Part shown: piece after piece, positions 12,526-26,026 of the stretch
Numbering within the stretch: the stretch's first letter is position 1
Layout: every line of letters starts with the position of its first letter
Assembly: GCA_002189035.1 (NCBI GenBank)
Contig: NEEC01000010.1
Coordinates: 1,674,001-1,738,000, forward strand
Direction of reading: 5' to 3'
Origin: Utricularia gibba
Lineage: Eukaryota; Plantae; Magnoliophyta
DNA: 64,000 nt
Made by a program: the position numbers and the translations under genes
The notes under the pieces: generated by a model
Databases searched by the model: none
What the model was told of the DNA's origin: nothing
Seen by the model: the letters and a program-made list of their open reading frames with translations, nothing else

Positions 12526-12879
12526 TGTTTGGTAAAATTGTAGTAAAATGAAAATAATTTAGATAAATTGGTCATTCTATCCTTCAATGTTTAATAATTA
12601 TTAGACATTACTACTACTATACAAGTCCAACTATAATATTAAAATAAATATTCATAATAATTTAAAAATATTTAAAATATGTATGATATATAGATAAATT
12701 ATACATGGAATAAGTTTTATTTAGGATAAAAAGAAGTATATGAAAATATAATTTTATCTCTCATTAATTTATTCCATATTCATGGAATAAATTATGTGAA
12801 CTATAATTTATTCCATTTACTAAATATCATTTTTTTCTTTTCTCATTTAATTATCTATTTTTATACTTTTTACCAAACA
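12526..12879. mobile_element. MITE with TGTTTGG termini (Tourist/PIF-Harbinger-like)
   Basis: Perfect 12-bp TIR tgtttggtaaaa (12526-12537) / ttttaccaaaca (12868-12879) with further imperfect complementarity inward; AT-rich, non-coding interior. Confidence 0.6.
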
Positions 12880-13659
12880 CATTCTTGGTAAAATATGTTA
12901 TTTCAACATGTTTGTAAGTTAAAATTAGTGGACGTTACTTACAAAACATGATGAACCGGGTGCTGTTATTTACAATGTTGATGCCACCAAAAGCGATCTT
13001 ACCTTATGTTTGATTACAAACTAGAAACATGATGAGTGGTCGGTCACACGACACACTTCCAAGCATCATTGATAACACGTATCGATGTCATTTCCGGTCG
13101 TGTGTTGAGCTTTCAGTCCAAGGGTGGGTAAGGATTGGATATCTTACCGAATTGGTTGAAATATTACATACAGATTATATTTCTAAACTTGTGTGGCCAA
13201 GGTTATTTTTTATATGTCGATTAGTTTGGCTACTTGCGGACAAGGAAGTACCAGGTACCAGCGCTGCTGTCTTAATGTACTGCTTGCTGTGTTGTTAGTG
13301 AACAGCAGATAATGGTTACGGCCGGAGACCTGTGTGGTCCCTTTCCTACCGTTTCTCGCACATAATTCCATCCTCTAACATTTACTTGTTAAAAACATAA
13401 GGGAGGCTTGTGGATGTGCGGCCTGTAGAAGAGTTCAAGTCAGGTCGCGCATCCGGCTCCTTCAGAGGAGGTAAAGACAACAGGACACGGTCTGTCCGAA
13501 CGCTGCAGGAGGCATCATCAACCGAAGACCTAAAGTATCAGGGTTAGGGAGAAATAGCAACAATGTTGAAAAAAAATGGTATTTGAGAAGAGATAGATAT
13601 CTCATATTTAGAGTTAAAATGATGTTTAACTAGTTTATATGCGATATCAAATCATTAGT

Positions 13660-13686
<27 letters not shown>
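13660..13686. repeat. (TA)n microsatellite
   Basis: About 13 TA units read directly from the sequence. Confidence 0.95.
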
Positions 13687-13692
<6 letters not shown>

Positions 13693-14504
13693 GATTTTTG
13701 AAATCGAAAAATTATTCATAAAAAGTATTTTAATCATTGACGATCGAAAAATCTCTTCAAATAATTCTTTTGAATTTCAAAAGATTAAGAAATCATTTAG
13801 AATAACATGTTATATGACTGAGGTTTTGATAGTTTCTCGTTATTAGTATTATATTTATAACAAACACATGGTGAGATGGATATAGAGGCTGAAGCCTGGT
13901 CTGGATCGGCGGTGGACGTGTGTGGGAGGGGAGGGACACTCCAAGGCCGACTGTAGCTTTTTGAACGTGTTCCAGACTGATGCGCCTTCCTTTCTCATCC
14001 CCACCACTTTTCCCAAAGACCTCGTCTCTTGTCTCCATCCTCTTCTGTATTTTTGACAGAGACCATTCTTTTGGAAGACACATTAAAGCAAAGGAGGAAA
14101 TGTGTATGTGATTGATTATTGGAAGACTCAATAACATCACCCATCATGTCGCGTACATGAATGCAGACTTGAATGCAGGAAAACCGCTTCTACTTTTCTG
14201 GATCCACGCCCACACCTGTCGCAGGCAGCAACCCATCCCTGCCCGGGAACTCGCTGGATCGAATCAAGTCTCAGTTAGATGAAAAGTAATTCTCCTATCG
14301 GTTGTTGAGTACCGTTGTTCTCCCTAAAATGCACAATAATTCCCCTCGTGATGGGGAAAAAGAAAAGGCTGTAATAAAAGTTAGGGAACTGATGCTGTTA
14401 CGTCATCCTCAAACGTTAATGAGCCACGGGGGGCCTGCCCATCACGGCAACTGATGAAAAAAGGGAACTCAATTGGTTATACTCTAAAGACTTCATTGAT
14501 AATA

Positions 14505-14990
14505 TTAGGAGAAAATTGTAATAAAAATAGTTCAAGTTTTGATTAGTATAAAAAATTTAATTCTCAATTTTCAAAAGTACAAAAAAGAAAAAACGCATAG
14601 ATTTATCAAAATCATGTAATAAACATTAAAATAGTTTTCAAATTTTTTTAAAAATGAACTAATTCATGACAACATAAACCTAGTTTTATACTTCCCAAAA
14701 AATTATATTAGGACTTTTAGTATTTACATTTGGAGTTCAACGAATCGAATGATATTTTTATTAAGATTATATTGTATTTATATTTCATATAATTCAAAAT
14801 GACGATAGTTATATATATATATGAATGCATCATTATAACAATTTGTTAAAATCAGTTAATTTTGATAATATTTAAGGATTAAATTTTTAATATTAAATAT
14901 ATCATTTTATAAGTTAAAAACAAATTGGTGAGTGTACAACACAATTTTAAAATTTAAGGATTAAATTTTTTATAGTAAGTGTAACTTAGA
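14505..14990. mobile_element. AT-rich MITE/foldback-like element, family A, copy 2
   Basis: Inverted arms tataaaaaatttaattctcaattttcaaaa (14547-14576) / ttttaaaatttaaggattaaattttttata (14945-14974), homologous to the 7.8 kb and 29 kb copies. Boundaries approximate. Confidence 0.55.
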
Positions 14991-15766
14991 ATGTTGTCAA
15001 CAAACTCTACCCTAGATATCCGACACCAAAATTAGGTTTGTAATACTCACATGCACTTAAGTGATTGACTTATTTAATTATATTATATTTCAAATTAATA
15101 ATTAAAATAATCAATTTTGTCATACATATATCATAGGTAATAAGCATTAAAATAATCCCTTGCACTTGGATTCGTTCTAATTATGAGGAATGTAGCACTA
15201 GTGTAGCTTAGTGGCAACAGTGATGACCTGTAAGTAATTAATCCACAAATAAGTGATGATAAATAAGATTCCGTATGCCCTTTTAAAACCCTGGGGTCCA
15301 CTCGAGTGCAGTAATGCCCACGCTATGCTGGCCAGGTGGACCAATCACAGCACGCTCTTAGGGGCAATCATTGACGGTTAATCGCATTAAGCCGTCCTAA
15401 TCAGACCTGGATTTGTCCCAGGTAAAGGTAAAAGTGAAGGACCGGGTGGGGCGCAGGGATTCGGTGCGCCCTCGTGCAGATAAAATTATTATGGGCCTGC
15501 GCCCTACGGTTATTAGTTGCTGATAACCACTTCGGCTGGCCAATCAGAATCTAATTAAGCGTCGAGGTGAGGCAACGAGAGACACAGGGGATGCAAATTG
15601 AAAAAAAGTAAACGAGATCTAATAGAGTGGTTGGCGTCCGCTACCCCCGCATTCTTCCCATTTTCAAAAGATCGGCAGTACCGAAGATTGGAGAGTGTAG
15701 TTGAGGACTGCAGAGAAGGCGCAGGAGAACGAATTCTTCTCCAGATTTGTGAGATTGGGAATAGTT

Positions 15767-18542
15767 ATGGGCAAATCTGCTCCATCTTGCTTCAAGATCC
15801 TCGCCTGTGGGAGCCGCTCCGTCGACCATGACGACGTCCAAGCTACCGATGTAGGAACTCGCTTACTTTTTCTTTTCTTGAGCTGCATTTCGGTGCTGCG
15901 TTTGGTTTTTGTTACGGGGAAGCGTTGATTTGCTTTTAAGGAAGGCTAGATTTGAAGAAGCGGATCTGTCAATTGTTTTGATGTGGAATGGATTTGATTG
16001 TGACTTAGGCGGTTTCAATTTGATTCCTTAAGGATGATTTTTTGAATGTTCCTTGAAATGAAATAATTTTTTTTTTTTGGAATCTGCTCGTAGAGCAAGG
16101 GTACAAGTGATCGGCGTGGGTGGAGTTTCCGGAAGAGATCGGCTAGACATCGCGTGCTGACTGACAATGTCGGTCAAGAAGTCCCTCAGTCCGCAAACAA
16201 GGAAAACCATGAAGCAAATGGAGTGAACTTAGACGCAGAGGCTGGTTTAGATGTGACTGAAAAAACCCCAGTCGTTCAGCCGACTGAGGAAAAGATTGCG
16301 GCGTCTACTCAACAGGAATCAAAAATATCAGACATTCTTGTTGCGGATGAGGATAATTGCGAGGAACATTGCACCTTTGATGAGGCTAGTGTTATAAAAA
16401 TTCAGGCTTCCATTAGGGGATTTCTGGTAACCTTTCCGCAATTCTTTCAGACTCAATGACTCGCTGGTTTACCAGGAATGAGGGATGACTGTATGTTTTA
16501 TCGGCAGGCTCGAAGGTCGTTCTTGAAGGAGAAGAATGTTACTAGCTTACAAGCTGCTGTGCGAGGACACTTGGTTCGTAGGCAGGCTGTTGGGGCACTT
16601 CGGTGTGTCCAAGCAATTATCAAAATCCAAGCTCGGGTACGAGCTCAACGTGCACGATTGCTTGTTGATGGCCCTAAAGATTCTGCAAAATTGGTAGGAA
16701 CCAAGGAAAAAGGATCAGCTGCTGTGCGTGGCTGCTTTTTTAATCATAATTTGCGCGTCTTGACTGGAAGCGTTACTTGTCCCATAAGTAGCATTCTGAT
16801 TTGAGAATGTCTCTTTGTTACAGGCTAAGAGAGAAGCTGAACCAAATAGCAGATACACTTCCGTATCCTTCGACAAACTACATACCAATGCTTTTGCAAA
16901 TCAGGTAAACACATGTGCCTGGCGTCGTTTTAAATTCTTAAATTATAGGCACTTATGTTTTCAATGAATGCGTATTAAGCTTATGCTGTCAACGCCGAGG
17001 ACCAAATGCATCAGCATCAAATGTGAACCCAAGGCGGACTCCTGGAGATGGCTTGAAATGTGGACATCAGTTTCGACTGTCACCGAGGAGCGTCAGGAGT
17101 CTGAATCAGCTACCAGTGAGAAATCTGCTGAAAGCTCCGAAGATTCTGATGCTGCCATTAATGACAGTGTAGCTGCCCCCGTGAGCCGCTCAGTCACAAT
17201 TGAAGTGAAACCTGAATTGGCCGGATCAGGGGAAGGTTCTGAAGATGAAAACAATGCAATTGTTTATCATGCAGACAGCTTCAATCTTCAGCCACCGAAA
17301 CACGTAGCGCCTTCCCCCCTTAACCCGGGGCTGGTCGTTTCAGAATCTGCTCCCACCGAAATAGAGATGAATGGCATTGAGGCAGAAAAGTCTCTTTCCA
17401 AGAAGGAATCTGGAAGCGATGGGATGAAAGCCGAACCAAAACTTTTGTCTATTGAGCAACCGAACACTGAAGTTAAAAGATTTGCGAGAAAGGCTAGTAA
17501 TCCAGCTTTCATTGCCGCACAGTCGAAGTTTGAGGATCTGACTTCAGCTGCTACACCCCTGAAGTCTACCAGCTTCTCCAGTTATGACCAGTATTCTTCT
17601 GCCACTGATCAGTCAATCAAGTCAAGGGATAAAGTACTTCCCGATGGTGTTACATCGTCTGTTTCAGCAATTGGGATTGGTGGCTCTGAATGCGGAACTG
17701 AACTTTCTATTTCCTCTACCCTGGATTCATCAGATGCCTCTGAATCTGGAATCATTGAAATTCAACCGGAAACAGGAGTTTCATATGAGCCCAATCATGT
17801 TGCGAGCCAGGAGGTGGAGCCCGATCCTTCATATGCTGCGGCCAAGGAATTAGAGGAATCAGCCAATCCTGTAACAAACTCGCTTCTGATTGAGAACACC
17901 CCAACATCAAAGCAGAAGCCGTCACCTGAACATTCCCCAAGAAGCCATGTGAGTCAAATTACTGCCCCGAATCTCATGCAACACCCTCCAGCCAAGTGTC
18001 TGCTGCCAACTCCAAGAAGAGAAGTAAAGGGGAAAAAGCTGAGTCTCATCCCAAGTTCAGGCCTATGATCACTGAAAAAAGACAGCCTTCAAATCTCAAT
18101 CCAGATTCTTCCTCTAGAAACAGCGTGGAGCATTCACAGGAGCATAAATCCAGGGGTTCTAGAAACTCGTTTGGTTCAACAAAACATGATCACAAGGATC
18201 AGGACCCAAGAGATACCACTAGCAGCAGCAACTCTCTACCAGGATATATGCAAGCTACTGAATCCGCAAAGGCTAAATTGATTGCAAATGGTTCCCCAAG
18301 ATCAAGTCCAGATATACAAGACAAGGATACGTTCATAAAAAAGAGGCATTCTCTTCCTGGTTCAAGTGACCGGCATGGATCTCCTCGTATCCAGCGTTCT
18401 CTATCTCAGGCACAGGAGACTGCAAAAGGAAGCAACACAAAATCTCCTCAAGGTTAGCTCCTAACTAAGCCATTTACCTCCTTGAGCAAACATATTTCAT
18501 CTCACTCTGATACTCTTCCTAGACCGGAAATGGCGGCGCTGA
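15767..18542 (+). CDS. IQD32: IQ67-domain calmodulin-binding protein, IQD32-like (one apparent -1 frameshift)
   Basis: MGKSAPSCFKILACG start; RRGWSFRKRSARHRVL; IQ motifs IQASIRGFL|ARR and LQAAVRGHLVRRQ; GGSECGTELSISSTLDS; DUF4005-like LPGYMQATESAKAK...KKRHSLP; ends DRKWRR*. Exons 15767-15850, 16094-16426, 16508-16693, 16824-16904, 16980-18452, 18523-18542. Frame slips at the C4 run 17965-17968. Confidence 0.9.
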
Positions 18543-19366
18543 TGAAATGGAGGGTTGCAAAAAACTGCGGTGGAAAAGAAATCACCCCTTCAAATCTACA
18601 GATTCTGTTTGTATCTTTTCAGAAACATACAAAGAGGCAAGACCTTGTGTTTGTAAATTTGAGTTATTTTTTCCCTTGGTTGGAGTGGCATTTGCTTGTG
18701 ACCTTAGCTTGTGTTTGTTCTGAACTGGAACCATTTTTTTGTGTTTGTTTGTTTGTTTGTTTTTTTGATGATGTGTTGAATTCTATTTTCAATTCCACTT
18801 AAATACCTTCATTTGTTTCATTCACACCATTCCATTCCCTGTAGAATCAATTAAATTAAATATCATTATTCTATTTTTCTTTAGGAAAATTATAATAAAA
18901 ATTCAATACTAAATCTTGAAAATTAGAAATTAATTTAATACGCAACGAATAACTCATATCCTCTGCGTCCATTGTTCTATTTTTTAATTGAAAAGAAATA
19001 TAAAGAAATGAGCATCTTTCCTCATTTTATACACACCAATGCCGTGTCCGACTTTTCAACCGGTTAGCGGCGGAACGCTGAAGAGGGCGGGGAGAAACCG
19101 TGGATGGATCTAGGGTACCCGCCTAGGGTTCTGTGGAACTCCCGCGCTGACGCTCTCTTCGAGTTTTGCTGCAATATGGAAATCTGACATCAAATTTGAC
19201 GCGCTGACATCAAATTTGGGAAGCAATCGACTAAAAATCGGGAAATCTGAGAGTGCTTAAAGACAGTTGGCGAGCAAGACGACCTAGAGCCGGGATATTT
19301 GATCGAATGCATAAGATTCACGTCCAATTTTATATATTTTTCTACTCGAATCAATCTATGGTTAAT

Positions 19367-21796
19367 ATGGAAGGATCGAAGAAGGTGAAAAGGGTTACTT
19401 GGGCATCCGATCTTGATCTTTGTCAGGTACATCCTTGAAAGCTTTTTCGTGGAGAATTCGTTGAGGGATTTGTAAAATTGGGACACAGCATTTTTCACAG
19501 TTAATGTATGAAGAACAAAGGGGTTGCCCGAGTCGGGGTTTTAGTGTATGTTCTTAGTTTGTTTTTCACTGCGCAAGTGTGGTGGGCAGATGGATATTGA
19601 TATGGGTTGCTTGTTCAAGCGGCGTTTTTCAACTTTGTACAATCAAGACACAGGGGATCTTTTCAAAAGTTCATTTTAGTTGTTAACTGGCAAGGCATTG
19701 ACTTTGTTTCTTTGAAATCAAACTATCGGCCCGTTTTCAAACCGCATCAGATTGATCCAATGGTGAAAAAACTTTAACCACACTAAGCCTTATTGATGAA
19801 TGAACGGAGAATGGTGCTGAAGGGAAATGAAAATTTACAATGACAATTAAACGCGGTACCACCCAGTCAAAAACTATGCACAGCATCGGTTTTAAGTAGA
19901 TGATTGTTTTGTGCTGAGGCTGCATGCGATTGCAACTGTATTCACCTTGTTGCTAAAGTGGTGGTGAATTTTTACTTGTCCTAAAGTTGTGAGTAAGGTT
20001 AGTGGATGTATGAGGTTTTTGTTGCTTTGGTTCCTGAAATTGGGGGAGTCTTTTTAACTTCTCGTGGTATGGGTCTTCAGAGCATTGTTTAGCTGCTGGT
20101 TGACTTATTGAGCATTTTCTTTGTTTTTCTTTGTGGTGAATGTTTTAAATGTGTGCATCTACTGCATCATTCCAACTGGTGTTATATATTTTCTTGAGGT
20201 ACTTGGATTCAAATATGAGGTTGAATACTTCATTTTGTTTTTTAGGTAAGGATGTTTTTGGTGGATGAATCTCCTTCGGAAGTAGCTATTGGAACTCAAG
20301 ACCATCTCCAAGCTAAAGCATCAGGTTCAGCGCTACATGAGGTTCTGGCTTCGTATGCAAATCTGCCACCGGGATTCGAAGGATTGCAGCATGCAAACTC
20401 ATGGAGAGCGAAGCTATCTCAGATACCACTAGTGAAATGGAAGTTCCCTACTAGGGTGAGTATGTATATGCATTATCTTTTGCTTACATCGCTTGGTTTT
20501 TCTGTCATGTCCTTTCTTCTAGCTCAAATCCTGAAAGGAAAGAAGCAAGGATCGTGTGACTTCATATTTTAGATTCTAGCCTCTCAATCATGAGGCTGCT
20601 CTCATTTAGGTGTTGGTGTTCACCATCCTTGATAAGATCTTTTCTTGCGGTGCAGTTTCAAGTTAATAGGGATTGGAGTGTGGTTGCTGGAGAGGAAAGC
20701 ACAGAAGTAGAATGCCAGAATCAACGAGAACTGGGAATTTTAGAAGCTATATACCCCCGTCCGTCAGCCATTCCTCCCAAGTACAGTTCACATATCCTTA
20801 GCTATGTTGCATTTGTTCCTTATCATCGAACATGGATTGTCATTCTATCTGCGTTTTCGCAGCCCCTCTGGACTGGATACGGCGGAATACGCAAATAACG
20901 CGGAACTGACTCCAGTGATTCCGCTCACACCAATCGAAGAAGAAGACACTTCAATGGATCTGAAGCCTGGCTTCAATCCTGCTGGAAATGTTCAATCAGG
21001 ACATGGAGCGTCAGATGCGATGGCAACCTTGACTTCGATTATAGCAGGAACAGATCAGGGAAATCTGATAGATCGTGAGCTGCTTATCAAGATTCTAAGC
21101 GATCCGAAAATGGTGGAGCAGCTCGTTGCAAGCCATGGTCGGCCCTCTGACGTCCAAAGCATGCCCTCGAGTACACAGATCTTAACACCCTCTTCCTCTT
21201 TCCCCAGTTTCAGCCCCAGCAGCAAGCAACAGGATATACCTTCATCCGGAGCATCAGGAACGCAGCCTACAAGACTGCAGATTCTGAGTTCCCAATATGT
21301 TCCCACAGTGAGGCCATCACCAATGGCACCTTTGACTTCAGTTACCACCCACATTCCCAGACCAGATGTTATTCCTGCCACAGGGACCGTGATAGCGCCA
21401 CCCTTTTTTCCTCCAGGATCCATCCCAAATCTTAGGCATCCTCCAGCCGAAGTGGTCTCCACGGCATCTCCCTCGATGGCAGTTCCAGGAATGAAAGATA
21501 TCAACTACTACAAGAGCCTCATCCAGCAACATGGCGGAGAAAGACGAGAGCCCACACCTACACCGCAATTCAATATCCAAAGCAGCCAAGAGCAGACGAC
21601 AGCGATGGGGAAATCAAGAGAATCAAAGCCGAAGATTCTGAAGCCATGCATGTTTTTCAACACCTCGAAGGGGTGCAGGAATGGAGGTAACTGTCCTTTT
21701 CTGCATGAGTTAGTTCCTCAACTAAGAGTTGGCACATCTTCAGAAGTTCCTAGTACAAAAAGACTGAAACTTGACAGTGAAATTACTGGTTCATAA
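19367..21796 (+). CDS. Zinc finger CCCH domain protein (At1g19860/C3H6-like)
   Basis: MEGSKKVKRVTWASDLDLCQ|VRMF start (an in-frame ATG also at 19358). Exons 19367-19426, 20246-20455, 20656-20780, 20863-21796. IYPRPSAIPP motif and C-terminal CX8CX5CX3H (CMFFNTSKGCRNGGNCPFLH). Confidence 0.9.
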
Positions 21797-22211
21797 TTGT
21801 CTGTTCTGGAACTGTTGGTGATGATTGCATAATTCCCCTTCCTGCTTCATTTGTCCCATGATCTTTTCAGTCTCCAGGTTCCATCTATTTGTTTCTCCAA
21901 TTGGTGTTTTGGAATAAAAGTCATGGTAAAATTAACACAGAACAAGAATGGATTCTATCCAGGTGCCCTTTTGATACATTATGCATTGTAGATGTATTGG
22001 AAGCTGATAGACAGTGAATTTGGAGTCTGCTTACATGCAAGCTAGAAAATGAATGCACAACAGTCATACATCACTAAAGCATACCACAACTTGGCTGCAT
22101 TTGCTCTTAACCATCATGATCATCATTAAAAGTTGCATCTAGCACCAGATACACCAACAAGAAATGAGTCTAGAACAAGCCCAATGTGGCAATGAATCCC
22201 ACCGTTCACCT

Positions 22212-25200
22212 TCAGCTGGAATTCGAGCCATTGACGCCTTGAATGCCAACCGAGTTCAGGAGCTGCATTCCCTCTTCACCCATCTGCTTAACTTCCGGTG
22301 GAGAAAGTATTCTGATGCACCGTACACAGCCGACGAACTCACTGCAAAGGCGATGGGTATGATGCAAGTTCAGTTTGCCGAATAACTAGTCGGTGATGGT
22401 AAGCCTAACACAAAGTACTTACTCCCAAGGATCGTCTCCAACAAGAAGAACATCATTCTCAAAGTCCACATACACCAGCTTCCATCCAGATCCAAGATCG
22501 TTCAGCAGGCCTTCCAGGCCGAACATGCGCTCGATTTCGGAACGTAGCTCATTGTAGTCCTTGAATCCTGAAACGTCTATGGACCTTCCAACAGATCCAG
22601 CCTTTTGTATCTGCCAAAGATTATCATTGGGAAAAGATGGTAGGGAAAGTAAGTACAAGATATGGCTTTTTAGGAATGTGCATACCTTGGTGTATGTCCG
22701 GAACCTTGGAGTAGCTTGGTTCCATGAACTGGGCTGCAAGATGTTCCTGTCATCGAAATCAACATTGCTCGATGATGCTCCGCCTGAGTTATCCGCAAAT
22801 TCTTGCATGGAGAAGCCCTGTGAATCTGCTAAGCTTGCTGATGTGATTTGTGATTGAACATCTTGGTTTGATGAAATGTTTCCTACGATATAATCACATG
22901 GGCTTTGGAAATCGCCCTTCTTTAACGCAAAAAAGTCATCCAACACCATGCTGGACACTGAAGGATCAATGATTGTGCTTCCACTGTTGCTACCCTCTGC
23001 ATTTAGATAACCAAAGATGTCGTTCTGGTTGTTGTTCTCACCATTGAAGCCTTTCAGACCGCATAAGCTAAACGGCAGGTTCGAAATGTCGTGTTGGGAC
23101 AGCACTGCCGGAATACTTGTGCATTTTGTGCTGTTGAATTGAGCATCCCAAACCTCTTGGCTTTCTGGTGGCAGAGGAATGTAGGGGTTGTCTGAAGATC
23201 CTGAATGGTCATCAAATTTCCGAACCATGCACAGAGAACCCGCATTCCGGACAACCCCGATTGAGTCAGAGATCGGAGGACCTGCCACTAAATCATCCTG
23301 TCCCGGATACTGAAGCAGGGGATTCGGACCAGCGGACTCCAATTGGGATGAATTACCAGGTTGGCCTTCAATCCATGCACAAGCTTGCTGAGCTGAAAGG
23401 CTGCTATTTTGTTCCACATTCCCCAAAGCGCTTACAGGGCATTGCAGTTTCTCCTCGGAGCCTCCCGGTGTTGGAAAATGCTCTGCTACTAGTGCACTTT
23501 CCGGTACGCTAAGCTCAGGGGCAGTTCCATAGCAGGCATGATTACCAACTCTGTGCACCTTCCCATTTAACATCACATTTGAATTTGTGGCAGGATCATT
23601 TTCTTCTCGTGGGAAAACATCCGCATCCATCTTCTGTCTTCCTATCGGTTGCAGAGGTTTTACTTCTTGTGACACTGAATCCGCTGCGTCTTGCATAACA
23701 GGTGCAATGCAGCCTGCGGAGGAGCTCAATGTGTTAGGAGGTTGTATGAGAATATTTCTTAGTTGATCTGACCACATCCCAGGGACGGCAGAGCATTGAA
23801 AGTTGGCCCCTGAACCATCGGATACTCGGAGGAACTGCCTACTCATCAGAGAATCCCACTCCGCCGGTGCCCCTGCGCCAGAAAAAAATGCTTTTCATGA
23901 TGATATTCCATGGAAGAACTACCCTCTCAGAGAAAGGGAAGTACCCATGAAAGTAGAGTGGAAAGGGCGCTTCATATTTGCAGCTAGAGAAGGGAAAATG
24001 AAGAGGCTTTCAGGTGTCTCGATCTCCCAGGGACTAACTCTGTTTCGCTTGTCGCCACAGCCAGGCTCATCCCACTCCACCTGCAGACATAGCAGAAGAG
24101 CTTCTACTCATATGACGCCCACATTGTTTTTGTCTCTGTTTCAACGTCTGAGTACCTGAAGACTCCGCCATTTGGAGTTGGGCCACCTCAGAGGATCCAG
24201 ATCAGATATGCCGGTGATTGTGCCCATGTATCTGAATACATATGAGAGAAACCATTTACTACAAGCAGATTTCAAGTGATTTTGGTAAGTGAAACACTGA
24301 AGCACCTTCTTTTATTTGATTCTTCAGTTTCGAACATCATTCCAAATCTCATGCCAATAGAAAGCTGGGTACCAAAGACGGCTTTCCGGTATCGAGCTAA
24401 CGGGATGACGAACTCTGAAGAGCATGCCCTGCAACGTGCATGAAATTAAGTGTCAAATAGTCTGCTTTTTCTACTTCAGTTTGTGGTAGATACAGACAAG
24501 TATTCAGAAAGAAGATACCTGGGATTGTAGAAAATTGTAAATGGACTCCGGTTAGCAGCAGCATGTGCCGCTGCGGCGAGGATTCCGATATGCATGCTGT
24601 CCGCAGACAAAACCGAAGATGGCAACGTTGCTTGCTGACGATTAGCTCGCCTGACTCCCAGTAAAAGCTGTGACTTTTCATCTCTGCATATCATGATACA
24701 CAGTTCAAGCATGAACTTTTTTAGAAGTTTGAGAAGCATGAAGCTTTACCTGACAAAGAGAATTGCATCGCCTGCTCTGAGCCTCTTTGCACCGACAAAC
24801 ATACTCCAACCGGTCGTTAGTAAGTGCCTTTTCGGCTGCCCTGAATACAAAACGGTAACAATGAACATTTCAATACTGGAAACTGGAAAAAGCACAGGCT
24901 TTTTCTCTAGAGAACACCCAAAAAGGCTAACCCCGGTATATATGACGAAAGGTCCAGGTATTATCATGTAGATCACGGACAATAAGCTCTTGAGTTGGAG
25001 GTTGCATGGAATAATCCTGCAAAAAAAGCTCAAGAACATGAATGGAGATAATCTGATAACCGAAAAAGCTACAAAACTGCACGCTCTTATACCAGTAGTG
25101 GAAAGAGCTTCTCTGCAGCTCTTCTTGGGACGGAGAAGCCACCATGGGTGCTTGTATCACTGGCTGTCAAGGTCTTGCAGAAGAACTCTGTTGGATGCTT

Positions 25201-26026
25201 ACAAGGCTTCATTCCAAAATCGGGTATAGGAATGACATCTTTATCCTGAAGGCAGAAGACAGATCAAACTCAATCTCATCAATGGTAATGTGAAAAAGTG
25301 CAGCTAGACTTACAGAGTTAACAGGCTGCAAGCTTATCTGAGCATAGATTTCATCTGTGTCCTTGTCTCCCTACAGATTGGAAACGAGGAAGCACGTCAG
25401 CACAACACAGAATTGTCAGTAAATTGCAGGTTTTGTGAGAAATTTGGCTCTTCCGTTTCCTGAAATCACAAAGAGAAAAATGCTGAAAGCGTACATGGAG
25501 TGTGACATTGTGCACTTGGCACAACAGCTGAGGAGGGAGATTTGGGTACTTGGGTATCTGTGCTGTTGCTGCTCTGTTGGTGGAAACTGCAACCTGTTAA
25601 AAAAGCATTTGAATTCTTCAAACCATCAAGAATTTGCAGCAAGGAAGCATAGGAATTAACGAACAACTAAATGCACCCAGTGAAAAAGCAATTTTAATGT
25701 CCAAAACAAGAACACAGAAGCTTACCTGCTCACTGTGTCCCTGTGGGAAGTAGTAGACAAGGCTCCCAACTTGAGGAAGAGTTACCAGTGGACCGGCGCA
25801 AGCATGCCAAAGCTCTGAATTTATTTGCTTCCGGGGAACTACAATAACCCAAAAAACAGCGTTTAAATTGAAAATTGAGCTGAAAAAATGAAGGCACTTG
25901 TGAAGAAGAAGCAGTGATCTCACGAGTATGTTCCTGCATTTCCTTCAACAATTTCATTCCCTCAAGCAGATTGCTTCCACCGCCAACAAAACCAACTGGT
26001 TTCACCTTTTCTTCAACCGACGCCAT
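22212..26026 (-). CDS. ARF5: Auxin response factor 5 / MONOPTEROS (B3 + ARF + middle region + PB1; 14 exons)
   Basis: [10 protein letters not shown]...[12 protein letters not shown] start; [62 protein letters not shown]; PB1 RTYTK|[13 protein letters not shown]...[20 protein letters not shown]|[12 protein letters not shown]. All introns GT-AG. Confidence 0.96.

Noticed and set aside
12948-13040. Two ATGATGA (C-box-like) motifs suggesting a snoRNA cluster
   Set aside because: No properly spaced D box with terminal stem was identified.
13290-13560. Second solo LTR suggested by the CTCTAACA end
   Set aside because: No matching TG start with a duplicated target site was found.
17948-17990. GTGAGT...CCAG as a mini-intron to rescue the IQD32 frameshift
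   Set aside because: Removing these 43 nt does not restore the downstream frame, whereas adding one C does.
21055-21504. 149-aa minus-strand ORF, plus similar antisense ORFs (50701-51201, 44064-44384, 33569-33880, 8778-9380)
   Set aside because: They are shadows of real genes on the opposite strand and have no family motifs.
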